Notes: generated by a model from the letters alone, not told the origin. Shown: positions 1 through 13,438, numbered from the stretch's first letter. The stretch: 64,000 nt of DNA from Glaucostegus cemiculus (GCA_976551045.1 CDPCPM010000001.1:2232001-2296000); one strand, 5' to 3'. Translations and numbers: made by a program.

Positions 1-105
1 TCCTGGGGAACAATGGGTCCACATACGTGCTAGACATTGGGGGGAAGGAGGAGGTTTTCACAGTGAACAGGCTTAAACCAGCCTATGTAGACGTCACAGA
101 CTGCT
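1..105 (+). mobile_element. C-terminal end of Gypsy-like LTR retrotransposon pol/integrase
   Basis: Translates as LGNNGSTYVLDIGGKEEVFTVNRLKPAYVDVTDC*, resembling the Ty3/Gypsy integrase C-terminus; followed by a PPT and an LTR. Confidence 0.7.
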
Positions 106-259
106 GAGACTTAGGCTCCACGACGCAAAGGTAGACCACCCAAACTGCGACTGCCCCAAACTGCGGATATTGGGAGAAGTATCGCCGTCTGGTGCGCGCC
201 CCTCCGAACAAAAACAAACTGACATTGATGCATTTCTTTGGGAACGTAGGTCAGGGTTC

Positions 260-586
260 TGGAGGGGGGAGGGGTGTAGTCATGTAGCAACCTACGTGCA
301 GGAAAGTCGATCCGGCTCCATGAACAAGGCCTGTGCCAGCAAACAGGCCGGCTTCAAGATGGCGCCGGACCTCCCTCTCTGTTAGAAAAGAGAAAAAGCC
401 CGCGCGGGAGAGCCAATCAGCGACGTTCTGCGAAAGTCACTTCCGCCGGGGGGGCGTGGGTTGGTGGTGGTGCTGGACCTGTCACTGATTTAAAGGGCCC
501 AGCGCGTGAAATTCAAAATAATCGGTTTTGAGCACACGCTTTCGAACGCGTCTCATTCTTAGCTCGGTGAGTTGTACCTCGCTACA
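260..586 (+). mobile_element. Polypurine tract plus 3' LTR (LTR 275-586)
   Basis: GGAGGGGGGAGGGG abuts TGTAG at 275; the element ends CTACA at 586, giving a TG...CA terminal inverted repeat. Confidence 0.75.
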
Positions 587-899
587 ATAGCGACATTACC
601 AAACATCTGTCTTTGAATAATTGGAGTGGAAAACAACAAATATAACGCTTATTATTTAACTAATAAAAGGAGGACATAGCACCTAAAATGGTGCTGAACA
701 GTCGACTCGTCAATCATCGACCAATGAGGCGCAACAGGGCTCCGCGCTGTTAGCTCATCGAAGGATAATCTATAGCAACGAACTGGTTGGATTGACAATG
801 TATTCCAGTCACACATCCTGGGCGAAGATGGGGTTAGGTAATGGGGGACGTGGGGAAGACGAAAGAGATGGTAGTGGACTTCCGGAAGGTCGCTGCGTG

Positions 900-1500
900 C
901 ACGCCCCGCAGCCCATCAACGGGTCTGCGGTGGAACAAATCAGCAGCACCAGGTTCCTGGGGGTGCTCACGGCTGAAGAACTGAACTGGCCCATCAATAC
1001 GCTCATTAAGAAAGCCGAGAAACGCCTTTGCTTCCTGAAGAGAGTGATGAAAGTAACCTTTCCTCCATCCATCATGGAAACGTTTTATAGAGGAACCATC
1101 GAGGGTATCCTGACACACTGCATCACCACCTGGTGTGGGAACTGTTCAGCCGCTGGGTGGAAGTCCATGCAGAGAATAGTGAGAGCTGCAGAGAAGATTA
1201 CAGGTGTCTCTCTACCCTCCATTGCGGATATATATATACAAATATACATATATACAAATGTACAAACACTTTAACTGTGCAATGACTGTTGCACCAGCAC
1301 GTTCATTTTAAGCTGCTTTTATTTGAGTCTCTTTTTAATGCGGTTCCAAAGGCTTGAATGCCTTTCTGTCTTTGTGTCTCTTGTTGTTTTTAATGTGACC
1401 TGCGCCTTGATACGTGGAGTATTGTATTTCGGTCCCATGCATGCTGAATGTTTATATGGAAGTGACAATAATATTGATTCTGATTCTGATTCAAATTCTG
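900..1500 (+). mobile_element. Rex1/Babar-like non-LTR retrotransposon 3' fragment
   Basis: INGSAVEQISSTRFLGV...KKAEKRLCFLKR...FYRGTIEGILTHCITTWCGNCS...QRIVRAAEKITG matches the post-RT region of this clade; ends in GACAATAA plus a (GATTCT)n tail. Confidence 0.8.
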
Positions 1501-2659
1501 AACTTCTCTCCAAATGGATGAATTCGATGACGTGAGCTGCCAAGAATTTGGCAGAAGTGCCATTTCCAAAATTCAGAGATTACCTATTGTGAAAACGTGA
1601 AAGTAGAAGGAAATTATAACATAAACAGGCCCGGGGCAGCTGGCATGCACAATCCCTTCATATAAAAAAACATGTAATCCCTGCACCTCCCACGTGTGAC
1701 CCGGAGGTCTTGTGAACACACTTGACACTAATCCCACTCATTGGATGCTATTCTCCAGCCGTCTTACTTTTTTTTTGGTTTCGTACTTTTATTAGTATGA
1801 CATATTTCCCCATACTAATATTATCCATGTATTTTGCACAGTTTGATGCAACAAGAGTGGCTCCACCTATTGGCGAAGTTACACTTTAACCTGAGCAAAT
1901 GCCTTCAAAATTGTTCTGTATTTCTCACTGTACAGAACTTCCTGAGGAATGACTGAATTGATGAAAGTAGAAAGGAATTCACAAAAAGGGAGCGGAAGAC
2001 AGATTAAAAACTGCTCCATCGTTCAATAAGATTACAACTGATTTCACCATTTGCTCTTGGCCTCAACTCATTCTCTCTGATTGTTTCTATGTATCTTCAT
2101 TATATTCCAATGATAATTGTACATTAGGCCTGGCCAGTTGAGCAGGGAACTGCTTAAGCTGAAGCACATTCCTGGGTGGGTGGAGGGGTAGATACATTAT
2201 AAAGAAAAACAAACATATATTTCGCATGTAATTAGGAGTGTCATCGGGGACGGAAAGAAAAGTTAGGGGAAAACCAGGGAATGAAAGAGCTCTGAGAAAG
2301 TCACAGATGGATGCTGAGAGAAATATATCGAATGATAACAAAGGATAAGAGGGGCAAAGGTGAATCGATTCAGATGGTTAAGGTGGCAAAGCAAGTTCGA
2401 TCAAAACGCAATTTTGATTCGAACACGAGTGACCACCTTATAAATGTTTCATCAATGGGAACGGGGTACTTGTTCACACAAAGGCCGAGATAGATCTGAA
2501 TATTAGGAGAAGAAGAAGTGAGAAAGGGCAGCAGCAGCGGCAGCAACAAACATCCTGAGCTTGAGTCACCACCCACCCTCTACTGGAGGAGTGTGGCAGC
2601 AGCATGAACCGACTCTGACGATGATCTTTGCATCATGAATGGAGACTGCAGAGGCTCCG

Positions 2660-4075
2660 AAGGTTTGGATGGTTACGTATGTTGTTTCCTTATTCAAGAA
2701 AGGGAGTAGGGATAGCCCAGGGAATTATAGACCAGGGAGTCTTAACTCAGTGGTTGGTTAGTTGACGGAGAAGATCCTGAGAAGATCCTGTTATGAACAC
2801 TTGGAGAGGTATAATATGATTAGGAATAGTCATCATGACTTTGTCAATGGCAGCTCTTGCCTTACGAGCCTAAATGGAACTTTTGAGGTTGTGGCTGAAC
2901 ACTTCGATGAAGGCAGAGCAGTAGATATAGTGTATATGGATTTCATCAAGGCGTTTGATAACATACCCCATGCAAGGCTTATTGAGAAAATAAGGAAGCA
3001 TGGGATCCATGTCGGTCATTGCTTTGTGTATCCAAAACTGGCTTGCCCGTAGAAGGCAAAGAGTAATCGTTGACTGGTCATATTCTGCATGGAGGTCGGT
3101 GACCAGTGGTGTACCTCAGGGGTCTATACTGGGACCCTTGCTCTTTGCAATTTTAATAATCGACCTGGATGAGTAAGTTGTGGGGTTGGTTACTATGTCT
3201 GCGGATGACACAAAGGTTGGAGCTGCTGTAGATAGTACGGCGGGTTATCAGAGGTTATAGCGGGACAGAGATAGGATGCAAAATTGGGCTGAGAAGTGGC
3301 AGATGCAGTTCAACTCAGGTAAATGTGAAGTAGTTCATTTTGGTAAGTCAAATGCGATGGTAGAATACAGTATTAATGATAGGACACTTGGTAGTGTGGA
3401 GAATAAGAGGGATCTTGGGCTCCGAGTCAATAGGACGCTCAAAGCATCTGCATAGGTTGACTGTGGTTAAGAAGTCATATGGTGTATTGTCCTTCATCAA
3501 TCGTGGATTTGAATTTCGGAGCTGAGACGTAATGCTGCAGCTATACAAGACCCTGGTCATACACCATTGGAGTAATGTGCTCAGTTATGGTCGCCTCATT
3601 GCAGGAAGGATGTGGAAACCATAGAAATGGTGCAGAGTGGATTTACAAGGATGCTGCTTGGATTGGGTAGCATACCTTATGAAAGCAGATTGAGGGAATC
3701 GGTATTTTCTTCATGGAGTGACAGCGAATGAGGGGGGAACGTGATGGAGGTGTATAAGATGATGAGAGGCATTGATAGTCAGAGGCCTTTCCCCAGGGCT
3801 GAAATGGTTGCCACAAGAATACATAAGTTTAAGGTGCTGAGGAGTAGGTATAGAGATGTCATGGGCACTTTTATTACTTAGAGAGTGGCGAGTGCGTGGA
3901 ATGGGCTGCCAGCAACGTTGGTAGAGGCAGATACGATAGGATATTATAAGAGACTTTTGGATAGTTACAAGGAGCTGAGAAAATTAGAGGGTTACGTGTA
4001 AGCCTCGTAATTTCGAAGGTAGGGGCACGTTAGGCACAACATTGTGTGTTGAAGGGCCTGAATCTTGATATAGGT
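2660..4075 (+). mobile_element. CR1 LINE, 5'-truncated and degenerate (RT to 3' UTR)
   Basis: [35 protein letters not shown] and ADDT motifs with stops and frameshifts. Confidence 0.9.
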
Positions 4076-4279
4076 TGTCGGTCCCTGTTTGCGTCTTATG
4101 TTTCCCTATCGGCGTGACTAAAATTCTAATGGGAACAATGCTGCTAATCTATACTACCCAAGCTGAAAATAATATTTAAGAAGTACTCAGTTTCCAAATA
4201 AAATAAGATGTCTGGAAATGCTAAATTTCCGTCATTTTCTGATTGTATTACGCCGTCTGAACTGAAGGGCTTGTGTCAT

Positions 4280-4810
4280 AAGGAGGCATAAGACTGGACT
4301 GGAATGACTGAGATAAAAAGGGAGTGTGGACTGTTTTCCACAGAACGAAGGAGACCGACGGGTGACCAGACAGAGAAATGGATGAGTTATCTGAGAAATG
4401 GATGAGTTAGATGTCACAGTCTCTTTTCCCAGGGTCGGAGAGTCGAATCTCGTGAGCACAGTTTTAAAGTGAGAGCGCGACGATTTCAAGAGGATCGAAG
4501 GGGCAAGTATTTCATGCAGAGGGAGCTGGACATACGGAATGACCTGCCCGAGGAATTTCAAGCCCGGTATGGACGCGGTGGTCTTAAGAGACATGCTGTG
4601 CAGGTATGCAGTGAAAGGTTGACTGGGATTAGGATGGGTTTCCGTTTGAGATAAAGAGATCAACCAGTCAGGACAGGAATCATAATTAATTCTTCAACTA
4701 GAGGTGAGGAACTGTGGAGCTCTCCACCCAAAATACTGGGGAGGCACGGTCGCTGAGCATATTTTAGAGAGGGATCTAAATGCCTTTGAAGAGTAATATA
4801 ATCACAGGGG
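4280..4810 (+). mobile_element. Old CR1 3'-end fragments
   Basis: Degenerate KYFMQRELDIRNDLPEE-like CR1 ORF2 C-terminus, apparently two remnants. Confidence 0.55.
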
Positions 4811-5414
4811 TTATGTGGGTGCTGGGAAATGTGTCAGCCATCGACCTGTGACCATCTTCCAGTTGTATTTGTTGCGATCTTATCTGAAACAAGCAGTGAA
4901 ACTCTTCTTTCACAGTCTCGTGAACCTTCACAGGTTTAACCTCCAAAGCAGGATGTAATCATACCCATGCGTCGATGCTGGAACACCTGTCAGGCACAGA
5001 ATGGACCTGCTCCACATGCCCGATGCATAGTTGAGATTGGAGGATCGGGAACAGAATGATTCTGAAGCAGAGAGAAATGCCTTCGACAACAGTTGCCTAT
5101 TTCCCCAGCTGTCTCAAAGAGAGGGCTGGTAAAGAATAAGTCTCCCCTACACACTTGTAAAAAACATGCCCGGCACAGCATAGCTTGAGCTTTACCTCAG
5201 CACGCTTCACTTGGACGAAACAGCAACACACTGGGTGCAAGAATATATAAAATGCACCTTCCACTGTTACCCTGGGCAACAGATTTACCAGCCGTGGCCG
5301 GATAATAAAACAGGGACTGTTGGAAAATTTGGAGCAGATGCCGGGTCGGTGAATTGTACCAGACTGAGACGAAGTGACATGGGTTTAGTTATGGACTCAC
5401 GGAGAGAAACTACA

Positions 5415-5650
5415 CTAAAATAGGCCTTCGGACATCTGACTGTACGTTGATAATTACCTGTTTAAATTATCCGAACCAGATTATTTATTTACTCCGCACA
5501 TTACCACCGCCTCCACTACAAACCCCCACCCGCACCCCCAGATGCTACCGCTCATCCTCACACTTGGGACATGTAAAGTGGCCATGAAACTACCAACTAC
5601 ATATCTTTGTGATGTGGGGGAAACGGCAACACCCGAGGAATCCCATACTT
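5415..5650 (-). mobile_element. Degenerate V-SINE/HE1-like SINE remnant
   Basis: Reverse complement of a V-domain-like sequence (TGTGGGGGAAACGGCAACACCCGAGGAATCCCA on +) and a CR1-like tail remnant. Confidence 0.4.
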
Positions 5651-5859
5651 CCCAGGAGCAGTTGGATCAGAAGATAACTTTCACCTGCACCAGATGATAC
5701 CAACCTGACCCACTACTCACTTAAATAATCCCCGCACGGAACACACATAGGTGTAGGAGCTCACGCCCATCAAAAGTCAATACTCTCTATCTTTCACCCA
5801 CTGTCCAAAAGAAACAGGCATTGACACACACGCACACATACCTGAATATATATAAACAC

Positions 5860-7615
5860 CCACCACTGGTGCTGGTGGTGGGATCCCGTTGGAGGTGGCA
5901 ACATTTGTGGAGAATGATGTGTTCAAACGGAGGCTGGTGTGGTGATAGGCGAAGGCAAAGGGAATCCTGTTCCTGTTATGTCGGCCGGGAAGGGGTTGAG
6001 GACAGACGTGCGGGAAGTTAAGGAGATACGAATAAGACCATCATTGATGACGATGGAAGGGAATCCCCGGTTACTGAAAAAGGAGAACATCACAGATATC
6101 CCATAATGAAAAGCCTCATCATGGGAACAGATGCGGCAGAGGCTGTGGAACCAGTGAAGTGGATGGCATCCTTCTAAGTGACAGAGTGGGGAGAGGTGTA
6201 GCTATGGTAAATGTGGGAGTCAGTGGATTTTTAGAAGATGCCTGCGGTTAATCTGTCTCCGGAGAGGGACACAGTGAGATTCAGAAAGGGGAGAGAAGGG
6301 TCGGAAATGGACCAAGTGAATCTGCGGGCAGGGTGAAAGTTGGAGGCAGTTGATGAAACTGACGAGCTCAGCACGGGTGCAGAATTCAGACCCAATGCTG
6401 TCATAAATAGAGCGGAGATAGAGTTGGGGCGTTACCGTTGTAGGCTTGGAACATGGACTGTTCAACAATGAGGTAGGCATAGCTGGGGCCCATGCGAGTG
6501 CCTATGGTTACACCTTTGGTTTGGAGAAAGTAGGAAAAGCCGAAAGAAGTTACTAATGGTGAATACAGTTCTGCCAGATGGAGGATGGTGATGGTCTGGG
6601 GAAATGGTTGAGTATGATATCGAGAAAGAAACCGAGAGCCTTATGGCCTTCCTGACGGGGGATGGAAGCGTCCACAGAGACTCAACGTCCATGGTGAAAA
6701 TGAGGCAGTCAGGTCATGGGGATCTGGAAGTCTATGAGAGCATGCGAAATGTCACGGACAGAGATAGGAGGGAACTGAACCAAGGGGGAAAATGGAATCA
6801 AGATAGGAGGGCACGTGCTCAGTGAGGGAGGAGCAGAGAGAAACAACGGGTCCACCAGGGACGTTGTGTTTGTGAGACTTGGGTCGGAAGCAAAAGCGGA
6901 ATTGCGTGGGAGAGGAACTATGAGGTTAAAGGCTGCAGAGAGAAGGCCTCCAAAGGTGATGTCAGTGATTGCGCGGAAAGCAATGGCCTGGTGCTGCTGG
7001 GTGAGGTCAAGCCTGAGGGATAATTAAGAGTAGGAGTACGTGAGATAACGTCTGGACTCTGCAATATAAAGATAAGTTGGCCGGACAACAACAGCATCAC
7101 AATTGGCTGTGGGTTTGACAGTGATATTAGGATCAGTGTGGAGGGCATCGCATTCAGAGGGGGTGAAGTTGGAATAGATGCCAGGAGTGGTGAAGTTGAG
7201 ACCGTGAATGTCCCGTCGGCAATTAGAGATACAGAAATCCAGAGGAGGTAGCAGACCAGGACCACGTGTCCAAGAGGAGGAAGAGAGCTGAAGGCGGGAC
7301 ATGGGGTAATGAGTGGGGGTGGGGTATCCTTGTCTCATTCGTAGGGCCGGTGACGGAGGCGGCTCCAGAAGAGCTCGGCGTCATAACCGGCACGGAACTC
7401 GTTCAGATGCAGGCGCAGACGGACAAAGGACAGAACGTTCAGCCTCAGAGAGAAGAAGTTCCGAGGGGACAGCGAAGATGCAGCGGGGATTTGAGCTGGG
7501 CTCATAGGAGCATGGAGCGTTGGAGGGATCGAAGGAGAGTTAGAGGGGCTCCAGGTGTGGAAGTAAAGGGTTAAAATTGCCACTATCTTTGGTTTCTAGA
7601 AAAGACCACAGACTT
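5860..7615 (-). mobile_element. Penelope-like element, RT region (degenerate)
   Basis: Minus strand gives FLQTKGVTIGTRMGPSY (6480-6530), MDVESLWT and DPNITVKPTANCDAVVV, matching PLE RT motifs; many stops. Confidence 0.85.
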
Positions 7616-8019
7616 CTTCCCAACCTGGACTGGGTAGGGGGATGACTGCTTAGCTGAGGAATGTCAGGCATGTTGATCACCTTTGTCCAGGTATCAGAAA
7701 ACATTGAGCTGACAGGGACCAACATTAACATCTATAGCACAGACTACCATTGAAACTGGCAATCAGTATCACTGCAGACTAACACTGACTACCGCTACAG
7801 ACAGCTGCGGTCCCCCCCCCCCCCACTGTTTTGAATCAACAATCGTTATAGACAGCGGCAGCCCCGTTGTTTGAAATCGACATCCCTCGACATCCCTCTC
7901 GTCAATAGAAATGTCAACTGAAATTTACATAGTATCAGACTCTGGCTCTGTTATTAACATCGGGAGGGAAGCAGACAGGCCGGCGGCTAACAGGGGTGAT
8001 ACCCACCTTTGTCCCTAGT

Positions 8020-8205
8020 GATCGGAATCCAATTATACCGAAGGACTACTTTTACATTTGTATAGTTTGTCCGAAACTCTTGATCGGAATCCAATTATAC
8101 CTAAGGACTACTTTTACATTTGTATAGTTTGTCCGAAACTCTTGATCGGAATCCGATTATACTTGATGACTATTTTTTACATTTGTATAGTTTGTCCGGA
8201 ACTTG
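8020..8205. repeat. 62-bp tandem repeat x3
   Basis: Unit GATCGGAATCCAATTATACCGAAGGACTACTTTTACATTTGTATAGTTTGTCCGAAACTCTT starts at 8020, 8082 and 8144. Confidence 0.95.
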
Positions 8206-8319
8206 AGGTGCCGGGTGTATGGAGTTAACTTGGGAAAATCTGTATAAATTTGGGTTTGCCAACTGCTGGAGAGATACCTTGGGAAGCGACTCTGTGTGAG
8301 TGCTAAAGGGACTCTCCTA

Positions 8320-8810
8320 GCAGTATGCTAAAGAAAATAAAGGTACCTTTCGACCAGACCTCGTGGCACTGTGTTTCTTGCAACGGACAGAAGGGGAAAT
8401 CGATTTCGGGACGACACAGGGAAATGTGGGGCTCCAGGAAGTAGAGAGTTTAGAGGTACAAAGGGGCTCGGTGGGAGGGAGGCTTGGAGGTCTAGGGAAG
8501 TGTGGGGTGTGGTGGTCAAAGCAGCGCAGGAGTAAGACCCAGCGGCAGTGTGAGCGGTCTTGGCCTGTGGATGGCCGGGGCCATGGTCGAAGCCGGAGGT
8601 GGCGGGTTCGCTGCTGGATAGGGCTGGGCAAGTGCCCGTGCACGGCCAGCGCTGAGGTAGGCGGTTGGGGCCGCGTCCCGGGGAGAGCCGAGGCTGAGGT
8701 CAAGTTCGACGCCACAGGAGGCAGGGGCCACGGCCCGGGGACGACAGTGGCCGAGGTTGGAGCCGGAGATGGCGGTGGATGTGGCCTGGAGGCGAGAGAG
8801 TTCCTGCAAT
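8320..8810 (-). mobile_element. Probable 5' portion of the same Penelope-like element
   Basis: Same orientation and composition as the 5860-7615 element and upstream of it on the minus strand; separated from it by a ~700-bp insert. Confidence 0.45.
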
Positions 8811-9647
8811 AGTTCCATTGGCAACCGAACACAACACTCACAAATGTGCCCAAGCCAGATTTAAATCCATCTACAACATAAAATCAAACAAGAGGGTACA
8901 TTGTAATGCTAATTAAATTGATCAGAAGTGCAGTTACAATGCACTTGGAATGGAGCCATGTGGGTGGGGATTAGGAATGAATTAAACCGTGAGCCCATGT
9001 TTAAAGTAGAGTAAAAACACCATCTGAATCCAAGCCACTCTGTATCTATATTCCAACAATATGGGAATCATGGCAAGAGTAAGTTCCACACACAAAGTGC
9101 GCGAGGAACTCAGCAGGTTAGGCAACACATGTGAAGGGAAAAGACCGTTAAGATCGAAAAGAGTGGAGCCTGTCAAGGAGCAAGGAGTAAACGTATGCAT
9201 AGAAGAATTGCAAATGTACAGAGTGACTTAGCAGGCACAACCCTAAATACTCAGGACCTCATGTGATATATCCCAGGATTCTGTGGGAGGCAGGCGACGA
9301 ATTTTCTGGTGCCACGACAGAATTAGAAGGGAGGATTCACTACCCACTGCTGAAGTGCCAGATGTCTGGAGTTCAGGAAATGTGAGGCCTTCATCCAAGA
9401 AGGACAGCAGGGAAACGGAATTACAGACCTCTCGGTCTAAAGTCAGACACAAGAAGGTTATTGAAAAAAAAAATCCGAAGGTATAGGACAATCTGCATCG
9501 GTCGTCAAGGAGTGGTCAGAAAAAGTAAGCATGGAATTGCTGATGGGAGGTCCTGCTGACAGGGATTCACATTCCTGAAGATCTAAAAAAGAAGTTTGAG
9601 GAGTGCAGTGCTCTGCATAGAGTCTAAGTAATCTTCAGTAGTCACTT

Positions 9648-9718
9648 GCATCGGTGGTTCAGAAGTAGAATTTTGACCTGCTTCGCGGAAGTTCCGGGTC
9701 CGATTCCCGACCAATGCA
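9648..9718 (+). pseudogene. tRNA-Gly(GCC)-derived pseudogene
   Basis: 71 nt GCATCGGTGGTTCAGAAGTAGAATTTTGACCTGCTTCGCGGAAGTTCCGGGTCCGATTCCCGACCAATGCA is colinear with vertebrate tRNA-Gly-GCC. The anticodon arm, D-loop GG and T-loop TTC are mutated, and there is no oligo-T terminator. Confidence 0.85.
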
Positions 9719-9797
9719 GATAATGGCACACATCAACTGGATAATCGCGACCCCCTGCAACTCGCCAACCGCTGAGACCGTACCAATGTGGGCTCCT

Positions 9798-10206
9798 ACT
9801 TAACATTTAAGAATAAATTGGATAGATACGTGGACGGCAGAGATCTGGAGGGTTATGGACGAGGTGCAGGTAAATGGGACGACGGAGTAAAGTTTAGGCA
9901 CAGACTAGAAGGGCTGAATGGACAGTGTTCTGTGCGGTAGATTTTCTTTTATTTATTTTTTATTTACAGCGTAGTAACAGGCCCTTTCGACCCAACGAGT
10001 CCGGGCCGCCCATTTAAACCCCCAAATTAACCTACCCGTGCGTCTTTTAGAATGTGGGAGGAAGCCCACGCAGACACGGGAGAACGTACAAACTCCTTAC
10101 AGTCGGCGACGGGAATCGAACCACGATCGCTGGCACTGTAACAGCGTCACTCTAACTGCTACGCTATCCTGCCGCCCCCGTGGATTCTATGGTTCTATGG
10201 TTCTAG
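9798..10206 (+). mobile_element. CR1 3' end with (TTCTATGG)n tail, interrupted by a SINE
   Basis: ACATTTAAGAATAAATTGGATAGATAC...GAAGGGCTGAATGG; the tail GGATTCTATGGTTCTATGG resumes at ~10182. Confidence 0.7.
9945..10179 (-). mobile_element. HE1-like V-SINE (tRNA-derived head, CR1-derived tail)
   Basis: Minus strand has A/B boxes (TAGCGTAGCAGTTAG...GGTTCGATTCC), a partial V domain and a CR1-type tail; homologous to 31707-31937. Confidence 0.85.
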
Positions 10207-11289
10207 GCGAATTAAGCTAATGTCGCGTAATTCAATTAAATTTCCTCACAGTGTCCATTTTTACTGCAAAATGCCCATACACATTCATGATCGACATTTC
10301 CAGGTGTCTACCTCAGAGACTCTTAAGCGCCTCTGTCGTATATGCCTCGACCAGCACCCTTGGCAGCATATTCCTGGCACACAACAGTTTATGCATAGAA
10401 AATAATCACTTGCCCTGGGCATTCTCTTTGAATTTAGCGTTAACGTAAGTGGTTTGAAAAGATGATCGAAATGATGCAAATGCTACTGAGAAAGGAGAGA
10501 GACTTTGACTCCATGACTGAACGTAATCGGGAGCGTGCACTGTATAGAATATTTCGAGTAGAAAATAGATGATGTGCACATTTTTTTTACTGAGTGTTTT
10601 GTGCTTAAGATGGCCGCTGGTGAGTCTGAGGTGGTCTCTGTCTTCATCTCCAGCCCAAGCGCGGGAAACACGCAGCTCATTAAACAAAAAGCCAACACAT
10701 TCCCAGGGATGCACATTTGGTCTGTTGTATCTTAATTAAATAGATACCCAGCACATTCCTTGGGAGACGCCTTTGATATTTGGTAGCTAATTAAATAGAT
10801 ATCTAGCTCGCGACTCTGTTGACTTATTTTACGGTGCAACTAATGTTTTGATGGCAGTTCGTGCAGCTAGTAGTTTTGCCAAGTGCCGGTGGGTCTCGGC
10901 TTTGAAGCTAAAAAGCGTATTATTGTTTATGACCCAGAGTTACAAACCAGTAAGTCTGGAAACAAGTACTCTCAAATGCCTATAGATAATGGGGCACCCT
11001 GTGGTTGAGTTTGGAAACCAGCTGCGACGGAATACAAATGTTTGTAGGATGAGAACTGTGAAGATAAGAGAGAAAAAGTTTGATTCCGAAAATGTAATTG
11101 AGCTATGAAGAGGTATAAAAAAAACCCGTGAGCTGTGCTCGGCGGCAGTCAGAGAGAAGCCTGAGAGTGCTCGGAACCTGTTCTCTTTGACTGTCACAGC
11201 ATTTCCTTGCAAATAGAAGTGTAATTTGTTGAGGAGTTCTCTGTGTCTCCTGGTCAATCTTGAATCTTGGAAACAACATTACCAGTCTC

Positions 11290-12430
11290 TGTGACCATCT
11301 ACAACTATTACGCCCCTCCTTGCCTTTGTGACCTCACTTTCTCCACTCCATCTCTGGACTCCTTCCGGCCACGACACCTGTGCCTCCACCTCTCCGCTCT
11401 TCCGACTCAGTCTGTTCGCTCTCCACTTTCAGCTACTTCTCTCTCCTTTGTATCTATCTCCTGCTTTCGGTCTCCCTTCTCCTCGCTCTTCCCCAACCCC
11501 GACTCAACCTCGTTGCACAACCTCTGCTCTCAGTCCTCACCTTCACCCCGCATTGTCTCCTTTTCACTTCACTCTCCATCCATCTGTCCATCGCTCCCGC
11601 CTCGGTTTCTCACATTCTAGCCCCCTCTTTCCGGCTGTCCACCCCTCCCACCCCCTTTTCACCTCCGCTTCCCTCTGTCACCGTCCTCATGCCCTTCTCT
11701 CTCCCACTTTCTCTACATAATCTCCCCATTTCGCTCCGCATCTCTCCACTTCCCCTCCCCTCTATTCCTCTCTCTCCCTCATCTCTCCTTTCTCTCCGTC
11801 CCACTCTCCCTTTTTTATTCTGTCCCCTCGTTCTACGCTTTTGTGCTCTCACACGTTCTCCGTCCGACACTCTTTCACACCTCTCATCATCCTCAATCAT
11901 TCTCTCCCTGTCAGACTTTCCACTCACCTACTCCCCTTCTTCCTGACCTCACCCCCACCCCCTCTGCTCCTTTACCCAAACCCATCTCTTCCCAATCACG
12001 TTCCCAAAAATCTTCCCCTTTCCGCAAATCCTCTCTTTCCCCACATTTCTCCGCGAATTTCACCACCTTCAGTCCCGCCACCCCACCACCCACTTTCCTC
12101 ACACTATCCTTGCACCCATCCCCTTTTTCACTCTGTCCCCAATCACTCTCCCTCTCCTTCCCAACCACAATCCGCACTTTCCACAAACTCTCTCGCCGTT
12201 TCCCCACACCTCTGCAACAACTTTCCCCATCCTGTTCCCCAACTCTCCCTCCTCTTCAACACTCAGCTCTGCAAGATTCTCACGACCACTTTCCCAAACC
12301 CGCTCCCGCCGCTACCCCACCCCCACTCCAACTCCTCCCCAATCCTTTCCCCATCTCTTTCTACACCCAGTCTCACCCATTATTCACTCGCAATTTCACT
12401 CTTTCTTTCACCGTCCGCCCTCTTCTACAA
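11290..12430. repeat. Pyrimidine-rich low-complexity tract (G/A-rich on NLR sense strand)
   Basis: About 1.1 kb strongly depleted of G on +; locally alignable to ~37900-38000. Confidence 0.9.
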
Positions 12431-12447
12431 CAGCAGCTGGCGGTGTC

Positions 12448-13260
12448 GGTCTGCGGGTTGATGTTACCGTGTACCGCTGGTGTTCTGTCAGTGAGGGACG
12501 CCGTGGGCTGATGTTACAGTGTACCACTGTTGTCCTGTCAGTGAGGGAAGCTGTGGGCTAATGTTTCAGTGTACCGCTGTTGTTCTGTCGGTGAGGGAAA
12601 CTGTGGGCTGATATTACGTGTACCGCTGGTATTCTGTCGGTGAGAGACGCTGTGGGCTGATGTTACGTGTACCGCTGCTGTTCTGTCAGTGAGCGACGCT
12701 GTGGGCTGATGTTACAGTGTACCGCCGGTGTACTCTCAGTGAGGAACGCTGTGGGATGATATTGCAGTGTACCGCTGGTGTTCTGTCAGTGAGGGACGCT
12801 GTGGACTGATGTTACCGTGTACCGCTGTTCTGTCGGTGAGGGAAGCTGTGGGCGGATGTTACAGTGTACCGCTGGTGATCTGCCAGTGAGAGACGCTGTG
12901 GGCGGATGTTACAGTGTACCGCCGGTGTACTGTGGGTGACGAACGCTGTGGGATGATGTTGCAGTGCACCGCTGGTGCTCTGTCGGTGATGGACACTGTA
13001 GGCAGATGTTATAGTGCACCACTGTACCGGTGTTCCGTCGGTAAGTGGGGTTGTGGGCTGATATTACAGTGTACCGCTGGTGTTCTGTCATTGAGGGACG
13101 CAGTGGGCTGATCTTACAGTGTACCGCTGGTGTTCTCTCGTTGAGGGACGCTGTGGTCTGATGTTAAATTGCACCGCTCGTGTTCTGTCATTGAGGGACG
13201 CTGTGGGCAGATGTTGCAGCGTATCGATGATGTTCTGTGGGTGATGGATGCTCTGGGCTC
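12448..13260. repeat. 50-bp minisatellite, ~16 copies
   Basis: Consensus GCTGTGGGCTGATGTTACAGTGTACCGCTGGTGTTCTGTCAGTGAGGGAC; period 50 (e.g. 12481, 12531, 12581). Confidence 0.95.
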
Positions 13261-13438
13261 ACAGTGCGTTGCAATCAGCTCTTCTGGCAGCGTTGGCAGC
13301 TCGAGGCCGCTGTTGAAGCACTCGTATGTTCCGTAGAAGCTGGCGCTCTGTGACGCTCTGGTGTCTGTCCGCTCACTTTTCATAAGGCAGATCCAAGTCC
13401 GACTCCAAGACAGGAACTCAGAACTGAACTGATCACGA

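Noticed and set aside
11267-12511. Overlapping Ser/Pro/Leu-rich ORFs
   Set aside because: Low-complexity pyrimidine tract; open in all frames, no domain.
12448-13260. CRISPR-like array
   Set aside because: Units are contiguous tandem copies with no unique spacers, there are no cas genes, and the context is eukaryotic.
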